From: Moniliella sp. 'wahieum'
Taxonomy: Eukaryota
Assembly: GCA_003971905.1 (NCBI GenBank)
Contig: RSEE01000044.1
Coordinates: 434,001-498,000, forward strand
Reading direction: 5' to 3'
Length of the DNA: 64,000 bases
Of the stretch, positions 55,734 to 64,000 are shown in pieces. A program made the position numbers and the translations under genes. The notes beneath the pieces were generated by a model that did no database searches, was not told where the DNA came from, and saw only the letters and a list, made by a program, of their open reading frames with translations. Numbering within the stretch: the first letter of the stretch is position 1; every line of letters begins with the position of its first letter.

Positions 55734-56756
55734 ATGCCCGACTCTACCCCGATTTACAACGCGCTGGTTGCCGTTATTCCGGCCGGCATCCGCAATGAGA
55801 CGCCAGCTTCGCTGCTGGCGTGGACCCCGCCCCAAACGCCCATGTCGTCCGCGGCGTCTGTCGTTACCGCTGCCGTCGTCTATCTCAGTATCGTCTTTGG
55901 TCGCAGGCGTTTATGCGTTCGCGCCCTGCGGCTGGCAAAGGCTCCGTATTCCGATCCGTTTTCCTCCTGCACAACATTCTCCTTGCGAGCGGTAGTGGCC
56001 TCTTGTTGGCACTCATTCTGGAAGATGTGCCCTGTTTGGAGGAGTGGGGGATTGTTCCATGCTGTATGCTCGCCCACAGCCTGGAGGCCACCCTCGAAAC
56101 GTACTACATCATCAACTACTATTTCAAGTATTGGAGCTGGGAGTGGCGGACACAATCTTCCTCGTCCTCAAAAAGAAGCCTCTCCAATTTTTGCACGTCT
56201 ACACCACGCAGCCACTGCCGCCCTTTGCTGGACCCAGCTGATGGGCAAGACGAGCGTTCTCTGGGTAGTCATTTCGCTCAACCTGACTGTTCACGTCTTG
56301 ATGTGTATGTTACTCTTTTTGCGCTGTTCTGAAGCTTAAAAAATTGAAAGAGGACTAACGCCTAACTCTACTTTCCAGACTTTTATTATGCCCTGTCGAG
56401 CCTCCGCATTCCTTGCCCTTGGAAGAAGCGGTACCGTGGCGCAGATCACCCAGTTTTCATCGATCTATTCTTCGTCTACGGCTGCACCTATACCTTCTAC
56501 GCGCACAGTATGCTGACGGCATCTTGCCGCATTGGGGACTTGCTATGGTACCACCCTTTGCCGCTTTCTGGGATGCGCCATCTTGTCCTCCTACCCGTCT
56601 CTTCTTTTCCTTCTATACCGTTCCACCTACAACAAAGCGCCCAAACGTGCCTTGGCCACGGCAAGCCACCTCCAATGGCACTGGCGTGCCAATGGCAAAG
56701 TCACCGCCAACGGTAATGGCACCGCCAACGGTAATGGCACCACCAAACAGGAGTAA
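55734..56756 (+). CDS. fatty acid elongase (GNS1/SUR4, ELO family)
   Basis: LHNILL..SGLLLALILE, YYIINYYFKY, DTIFLVLKKKPLQFLHVY(HH), WVVISLNLTVHVLM-intron-YFYYA, PWKK. Confidence 0.92.
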
Positions 56757-56893
56757 GTGTATGCGCACATACGAGCCGCTAAAGTAAACCTATGTATCGA
56801 CATTACACACCTCTCTTAGGGACTTGGGGCGGGAACACCATGCTAGTCTGCATTTTCGTAATATGCTCACGATTATGCCATCATATCGCACCA

Positions 56894-57094
56894 TCTCCTC
56901 TCCTCCTCTCCTCTCCTCTCCTCTCTCCTCTCCTCTCCTCTCCTCTCCTCCTCCTCTCCTCTCCTCTCCTCTCCTCTCCTCTCCTCTCCTCTCCTCTCCT
57001 CTCCTCTCCCCTCCCCTCCCCTCCCCTCCCCTCCCCTCTCCTCTCCTCCCCTCCCCTCTCCTCCCCTCCCCTCCCCTCCCCTCCCCTCCCCTCC
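56894..57094. repeat. (CTCCT)n/(CCCCT)n polypyrimidine microsatellite, ~200 bp
   Basis: Direct reading. The unit shifts from CTCCT to CCCCT along the array. Confidence 0.97.
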
Positions 57095-57874
57095 GCTCCC
57101 TTTTTTCTTTCTTGTGCCATGTTATCAGCACCCTCTGGCATATCTTGGGATCACCGTTGAGATGGTGCTTTTACTCAGGGTTCATACTATCTATGCCGCA
57201 TCTTCCTCTTCTTAGTGGGTGGCTGAGAGGTGGTGAGAGCGAAATTATACGGAGGGGCGTGCTGTTAAGTATGCTGACCACGTTGGCCAGGTTGGCTCCT
57301 CCCGTAGCATACTCAGATCCCCGACGTGACGCGCGCGCGGTCTTTCCGACAGCGTAGGCGTACCAATGTTGCGTAACGTTCAGCTGAACTTCAGTTCTCT
57401 ACACTCGAGGTGTGGTGATGGTAAGGCCAAGGCATAGTTGTGGGGGGTTGAAGCATTCGCGGGTAAAGCTTAAAGCTAAGGCTTCCAATCGTGTTAACTT
57501 TGAAACTGAGAATGCCGGGCGTAAGAGCTGGTACCTCCGATCAGGAAGCTCGATAGCCCCGGCGAATGAGGTCATCGAGTCGTTGCCATTTGTGGGCGGC
57601 GACAGCACACAGCGGCGCCACAACTGGTGCGTGCCCGCCTTTGTGCGCGGGCGCACGCTTCGGCGCTTCGCTCCTGTTCGAGATGCGTCACAGTGGGCTT
57701 GAATTCGGCACGCAATACTCAGTAGTGGTCACTAAGCCACTAAACAGGTCCATCTGTCGCGGCAATGGAATTCCCGAGCTAATAAAACCGGCCCCGGCGG
57801 TTAAAAGGGCGCGCACAGGCCTGTCCATTTTAGCCCGCATCCTCAGCCTCCACCTCACCTTTCGTTCCTTTCCC

Positions 57875-59006
57875 ATGTCTGTTCCCACTCAGCAGCTCGC
57901 CTCCGTTTGGACCAAGGCAGAAACCCCACCTGCCGTCGAGACCCGCCTGTGCCTACCCCTGCTGCCGATGAGGCTCTAATTGCTGTCGTGAGCACTGCGA
58001 TCAACCCCGTTGACTGGAAAATCATCGACCATGGCTATTTCATCAAACCCCCCAGCGTTCTGGCTCCGACGCAGCCGGTACAATCGCCGCGGTGGGGTCA
58101 GACGTCAAGAACTTCAAGGTGCGTATTTGATTTGTGTTGTTTCTAAGGTCGGGAAGTGCTGACGTTTTTGTCCCTTGCCTCCTTTCCCAGGTGGGTGACC
58201 GCGTCTTCTTCCAGGGCCTCATTGGCAACATGAGCGCTCCACTTTCCAGCAATACGTACCATTCCAGCCTCTCTCCTGCCCGCACCCCTGCCAATGTGTC
58301 GGACGACGAGGCAGCTGGGATCTCCTTGGCAGCTCGGCTGCCTGGACCGGGCTGTATGCCGAGCAGGCGCTGCGATTTCCCCCGCCCCTTGGGATGAGGA
58401 GGTGCGCAAACGGGAAGGGAAAGGCACTCGTTGTCCTAGTGGATCGTCCAGTGTGGGGCAATACGGATCCAGCTCGCCCGCTGTCTGGCTTCCGCGTCGT
58501 GACCAACTCTTCTCTGCCCACACCGCCTGGCTGAAGAAGTTGGGTGGCGGATGTGGTGTTGGACCGTCACTCTGCGACGGTGGATGACTTTGTCCAGCGC
58601 TGGACGGCAAGCCCCTAGTCCCGTCCAGGACGCAGTCTCGCTCGACGACTCGCAAGCCTTGGCGGTAAAATCATCAAGAAGTACAACGAGGTTACCAAGA
58701 GCACGGCCGTGCTTCCCATTATCACCGACTTGAACCCTAGTGAGCCCAGTGTCCAAGGCCGCGGCCGAGGCGAGCCCTGCGATCAAGTTCAAGCACATTG
58801 TCGGTATTGGCCACTCCCCTGTGCTGCGCCCTCAAGCAGAGAAGTTTGTTGTCGCCGTCAGGGCTGGCTGGAGCGTGGCGAGTTCTTCCCCAACCGGCCG
58901 GAGGTGACCCCTGGAGGCCTCAACGGCCCCGGCTGCCTTGGAGAAGAACAAGAAGGGCGTGAGCGGCATCAAGGTCGTCATCCGCCCTCATGACACCCAA
59001 GCTTGA
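57875..59006 (+). CDS. MDR-family (GroES-like) oxidoreductase, enoyl-reductase/zinc-type ADH-like
   Basis: PVPTPAADEALIAVVSTAINPVDWKI, GSDAAG, FK-intron-VGDRVF, GSSSVGQYG, PNRPEVTPGGL, VSGIKVVIRP. Confidence 0.87.
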
Positions 59007-59369
59007 TTTCTTAAGGTGGAAAGGAATGGTTGGCTTGGGTATGAAGATCTTTTGATGCCGAATGCCGATTTGGACAATTGATTCTCATATTGTTTGCACA
59101 CATGAGCGCCTTCCGTGTAGAGCTGATTCCGGGGATGCTGGTGTCCTTCGAGAGATGGTAGGCCAATGGGATATTAGACAACTAACTGTTAAACGTTACG
59201 CGTTACGCTTTAAGCATGCAGATGTATCAAGCTGCGATGGTGCTCATTGCATGGATAAATGAATGCTCTGGTCGAGAGCATTTATGATGTAGTACAACAA
59301 AAGTAACCCGTGGACTTTATCACGAGCGAACAAAACTATAGTGACGTCTGAAGAAACACGCTTCGATCA

Positions 59370-60998
59370 GGCTAGGAGGCGCACGCGCCGAGCATAGAAC
59401 CGGCGCTCAAGCGACAACTCTACAGTGTACCCGGGCAGCGCACGAGCATCCAGCACGCGCAGGGAGGGGGGTACCGGCTTGTGCCTGAGCTGCGAGCTAC
59501 CTCGGGCTGGCCCTCAGCCAAGAGGCGGAGCACATGGCGGTCAAAGATGGGGAGCTGCTCACGTCGAGCCACACCAATTGCGGCAGCCGCGTGGAGCGTG
59601 TTGAGGATCTGGGTGTGGCGGTACTGCCGTACTGTAGCGTCTGTTTCCGACTCGGTACTGAGCCGAATCGAAATGGAAGAGCACCCGGCAAGGGAAAGGT
59701 ATTGTAAATGCACAAAAGCCGATAGAAACGAGACTGGTATACGGCCCACCTCGGTGCCATGGACGCAGCGCTTCCGTTGTGCAATGTGCCTCGGCGGAGG
59801 CTACCGTGATTTTGTTCGTCTTGCTCCTCTCGCTGGGACAGGCTCAGCTCAGACCCTGCGAGAGAGTTTGTGGATATGCACATTGACAGTATTCCCACTC
59901 CCTCCCGGCGCAAGCAAAAGTTCTTCCAACTCAGCTTGGGTCATACGGCAGAACGACAGATCCACCTCGTCCATCTGAGCCAACGATTCCGATGTGGTGC
60001 CATCCCACGACTCGGAAACTTCAGATCAACCCCCCAAGCTGGCACGTCCTCATCAACTTGAGTATCCCAATCTTCTTCCTCGGGAGTATCCATCACCTGT
60101 CCGGATCCTGGCCAGAGCTGGCGCAACTCAGTCGCCGTCAGAGGGGCACAGGTAGCCATCCGTCCAGCCAAAGCCATGATGCGGAGTTTACTGGCGGTAG
60201 GAAGGGCCACAAGCGAATCCCATAGCTCATCTTGGATTAGGGAGGGGGCATCGGGGTGTTCAGCGGTCGCCAAGGAGCCATTCGATCCGCTGTGGGCCGG
60301 ACCGGCAGTCTAAGCCGGCTTGCCACTCGAGCGGCTTTACTCCTGCGTCCAAGGCGCAAGATGCGCATCAAACACATATCGCTTAAAAAGATGGAATCCG
60401 ACGCCTCTTTGGTCGAGGTAAAATCAGCGAGGGGCAGGGGAAAGCGGGTGGCGTCAACGGTTTGGCCCAAATACGAGGGTCGAGAACCAAGATGGGACTC
60501 GAGCGTCATCTCCAAGCTAGATGGGTCAAGAAGCGAAAACATCCACCTGGTCGACGCAGCCACTTGCTTTCTTGTCTGTCGTGCGATCTTTCCGCGCGGC
60601 AGAGACAGGGACGGAGCAGTGTGCGAAGGAGCCGAGGCAGGACCAGCCGCTAATGGATTGGCCGACTCGAGGGAGAGACGGTGGTAAGCCAGTTCCAAGC
60701 CAGGTGGCATGGGCTCCGGTGCAATCTCCGCACGCCAACTCGCTGGCTGAGGCCCAGCAATTCGCGCGACTTGAAATGCGCCAGGGACAGGCCGGGGTGG
60801 GGAGGCCAATGTGGCTGTGGCTGTGGCTGTGGCGAGTGACGCAACGCCATGGCGCTGGAGCGCATTGCGTTGCCGTCGCATCTCCTCCAGCCGGTCCCGC
60901 TCGATCCGCTGCGAGAAGCTCATCCGCTCCACCCTCACCCCCACCTCGGGCCGAAAGGGAATGAAGGCACGCAACTGCTCCTCTCGCTTGGGTGCCAT
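59370..60998 (-). CDS. hypothetical protein, possibly with C-terminal leucine-rich repeats
   Basis: Chained ORFs 60237-61061, 59941-60273 and 59420-59749. LRR-like LQYLSLAGCS and LRVLDARAL. No family recognised. Confidence 0.55.
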
Positions 60999-61729
60999 GG
61001 TGAGTGGTAGCCGCAACTGTGGCGGATCAGCAGCAACAGCCGTCCCTTGTGCTGCATGCAACCAACAAACTACATTGCATCATGCATCACCCATCAGCAT
61101 CATCGATGGCGATCATCGATCAACCACCATCTATATCGGTATTGCGTGCGGCATGGACATTTCAGCTGCGCGGCTTCAAGCTTCAAGCTTCAAGCTTCAA
61201 GCTGCAAAGCCTCCACTCAATAGAGGCAGAGGCAAGGACAGGTACCCATCCACATGCTACTGCCCGTCTATTATATACGGTGCGGTGGCAGAGGCAGCGC
61301 CGAACGGGACAAGGCAGATAGTAACCAGAACGAGGGTGCATGACGAGAATATACATCGGGAGGAGGAAAGCCTCAGGCAACCCAGATTCACAATGCGCAC
61401 AGCGGCATGGGAGGCACCATCTCTCTGTCACCGGATTAGGGGCCAGATCTCAGAGGAGCCATGGTGGCGAGGTCAACCTCGACACAAGTTGAAGGGAGAG
61501 GATCCCGTTTGAATATCCCTAAACGAAAAACGAAGGTAGGCAAAAAAATCACACACAATGAGAGAATAGAGGCGGGCGGGGGGGATCCAGCAAGCGTGCA
61601 ATGTCGCATGGGCGAGGCCACTAGCAAAAACAAGACAAGACAAGGTGACATATATGCGGAGATGTGAGGGGAAACCCAGAAAAACAGACAAGGGGATGGA
61701 CAATCTGAACCACTCGTTTCACCAGAGCT

Positions 61730-63064
61730 TCAGACATGAGCCAGGACGAAGGGAGTGGGTCCATGCGCCTGAAGCGGATCCAGAAGATTAGTTTGGGAAG
61801 CAGGCGCCGCAGCAGCCCATCCGGGATCATGCACGTCGTACACCGACGACGTATCATACATGATGTCCGAATCGGCAGAGATCATACTCGTCTCCGCAGT
61901 GCCATAACGCGACGAATCTTGGTGACTCGTCCCTGACGGGCGCGTAGAGGCGTGTGCCATAGGCTGACGGGCACCCCCACGGCGACCAGTGTAGCTGACG
62001 CTCTGGTCACCGTCTTTCCACCGGTTACTAGGTGTCCGCGCCATGCCGGCACCAGTTGAAGTGACGCCGCGCCTGCGGGCAGAAATGTTCCCGCCTTGGG
62101 GCTCGATGGTATCGGATGGGGAGTGGGTGGACACACGGGACTGCCGCTGGCGGGACATGTGGAATGCCTTTTTCGACACAATGGATGCTCGGCTGTATCG
62201 GCTCGAACGTTTTCCAGATGTCAAGGGAGGAGGGCCCCCAATCACGGTACTGCGGCGGGAACGTTCACGATCGAGACGTTCCTCAGCTGCATGCTTTGCT
62301 GCAAGGTCGGCATTAGGACCCGCCATATTAATGGTCATCTCGCGGCCGTTGTAGTTGACCCTGCCGGGTGCAATTTCCGATAGAGACGACTGATCAGACG
62401 ATTGGCGGGGGAGGCGGGGATCGGATAGAATACTGCGATGGGCGGCGATGGATGGACCTGGGAAGCCAAGACCCGATGAGCCGGTGCGGCTGTGCAATAA
62501 GACGTCCCCAGCCAGTGGAGCCGCCGAGTCGAGCAACGTACCCTGCTGATCCATGTCCGAAGCAGAGGCTTGCTTGGGTAGTGTTGGACGGGACGCTGAT
62601 GCGCTGGGTTGGTACATTGACGATTGTCCTGCCATGCGGGTGTAAGGAAATGCCTCATGTCGGGGGGCATTGGTCTTGCTCAGGATGGCTGAAATCAGGA
62701 TGCAGATGAAAAAGACACCGCCCCGCACACTGCAATCGCAATGATGGCATTGATGGTAATTCCGGATGTGTTTCAAGTGCAGAATTTGGTCGGTGCGCAT
62801 GGTCTTGATTTCGGATTGGATGACATGGCGGTCGGTGCCGGAAAACAGGGGATGGGAGTGGTTAGAAGCAGAGTGCGAAGATGCATTGGTTGGCAGGCTC
62901 GTCGCAGCCTGTCGAGCAAGAAGGGAGAAGGTGTTGGTGACGGTGGATGGATGACCAAAGGAACGCATTACCGAGCGAGCCTGCGGGAGAGCACCTGTAG
63001 GCGAAGATGGGGCTGGGATGCGAGCCAAGGTGGCATGAGCCGCCGCAGCCGGATGGTGAGGCAT
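61730..63064 (-). CDS. hypothetical single-pass membrane protein, Ser/Arg-rich cytoplasmic tail
   Basis: Long ORF (61730-63595) with a hydrophobic segment GVFFICILISAILS. The ATG at 63064 is the likely start. Confidence 0.6.
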   Translation of the reverse strand: MPHHPAAAAHATLARIPAPSSPTGALPQARSVMRSFGHPSTVTNTFSLLARQAATSLPTNASSHSASNHSHPLFSGTDRHVIQSEIKTMRTDQILHLKHIRNYHQCHHCDCSVRGGVFFICILISAILSKTNAPRHEAFPYTRMAGQSSMYQPSASASRPTLPKQASASDMDQQGTLLDSAAPLAGDVLLHSRTGSSGLGFPGPSIAAHRSILSDPRLPRQSSDQSSLSEIAPGRVNYNGREMTINMAGPNADLAAKHAAEERLDRERSRRSTVIGGPPPLTSGKRSSRYSRASIVSKKAFHMSRQRQSRVSTHSPSDTIEPQGGNISARRRGVTSTGAGMARTPSNRWKDGDQSVSYTGRRGGARQPMAHASTRPSGTSHQDSSRYGTAETSMISADSDIMYDTSSVYDVHDPGWAAAAPASQTNLLDPLQAHGPTPFVLAHV

Positions 63065-64000
63065 TGGAGCGGCGGCGGAAACGAGTGTGTGTAGGGGGGC
63101 CACGATGGGCAGGCGTGGTGGTGGAGGTGGTGGCGGCGGCGGCGGCGGGAGTGGTTGCGGATCGTGGGCACAGCAGAGCGAGCATGTTGCCCTTGACGCT
63201 CCCAGCGAGACGATCGGAATGCCAGGGGACCGGCACCCTGAGTAGATCGGCACGGGCGACACCGCACGGCGCCTGTGTGAAGAACCCAGACTGAACCACG
63301 GCGTTTGGGCACTGTGGTTTGGGTGCTGGAGGGCTAGGGTTGCCGGATGTGACGAGCGTTTGATCGGCGTCAGAGCCACCCGGCATGCAGCAGCAAGGGG
63401 GGAGCAACGCGCAGCGCACACACAGGGCGCCAGCCCAGTGTCAGTCCCGTGCCTGCCCAGTGCCTGCGCTTGCACACCGCTCCACTGGCACCACTGCGCA
63501 CACCCTGACATGCTGACACCACTCGCCCTCCGCGCTGGCTGTGACCCATCACATGTGACGTCCGTGACAGCGCACTTGCGTGCGAGCAGCGGCAACTTTC
63601 ACAACGTTCAACCGCCTGCGTCGATCAAACCGAACGGTCAGTCGGCCATCGTCGATCACCTCCCGCTCCCACAGAGGCTCCCAGCCATAACGCAGAACCG
63701 GCATAATGCATACCAGTAACCGCCCCCCTGCCGCCGTGGCGCCATCGGCACCTCTGCTGTCCAGGCGTCCTGGCCGTCCGGCGCGCTCTGCCGCGTCTCT
63801 GCCTGCTCGATTCCCCGCGTACTATTATAGCGCGCACGTGCCCCCCCCGACCAAAAACACACAAAACGCGCCTTGGGCTTCGCGTTCGCGTGTACGGCGC
63901 CCCAGCGTACCTCCCCTCGTCTCGCTGTACTCCACACAAACTGCTTGCCAACTTGACCAACTTGACCGAGTTTGCAGAGGCACCAATCCAGATTGTTCCC

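Noticed and set aside
56790..57357. ORFs with GEERR/SSPLL repeats
   Set aside because: Translations of the (CTCCT)n microsatellite.
50705..59006. Zn2Cys6 TF + elongase + MDR reductase as a secondary-metabolite cluster
   Set aside because: No PKS, NRPS, terpene or glycosyltransferase core and no transporter nearby. All three families are common.

Overview
This is a eukaryotic, GC-rich, gene-dense fungal window with short GT-AG introns. It looks like a basidiomycete, possibly Ustilaginomycotina, but that placement is inference. Almost every gene, including essential ones (TEF1, ARP3, CDK1, importin-alpha, RPL9, RPS16), is broken by single-base indels. This is the signature of an unpolished long-read assembly, so gene models were stitched across frames by eye and their boundaries are approximate. 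Genes in order: ABCC transporter 3' half, low-complexity protein with a PP1-type docking motif, TRM61, an intronless class-III aminotransferase/phospho-lyase + APH-type kinase fusion, RMI1, importin-alpha, TEF1, RPS16, a decayed STT3 copy, epsin, OLA1, a Ty3/gypsy chromovirus relic, alpha-arrestin, ARP3, CDC3-type septin, membrane-anchored CPYS glutaredoxin, CDK1, VPS51, DEK-C/SWIB protein, RPL9, eIF3k, Zn2Cys6 transcription factor, fatty-acid elongase, MDR oxidoreductase and two hypothetical proteins. The most interesting items are: (1) the bacterial-looking lyase-kinase fusion, a candidate horizontally acquired one-gene amino-alcohol/hydroxylysine catabolic pathway; (2) a window-wide 7-nt-periodic T(C/G/T)A+N4 motif, often with palindromic spacers, concentrated upstream of genes; (3) a highly structured 5'UTR intron in RPL9; (4) the internally deleted STT3 pseudogene; (5) an unexplained ~200-bp dispersed repeat.
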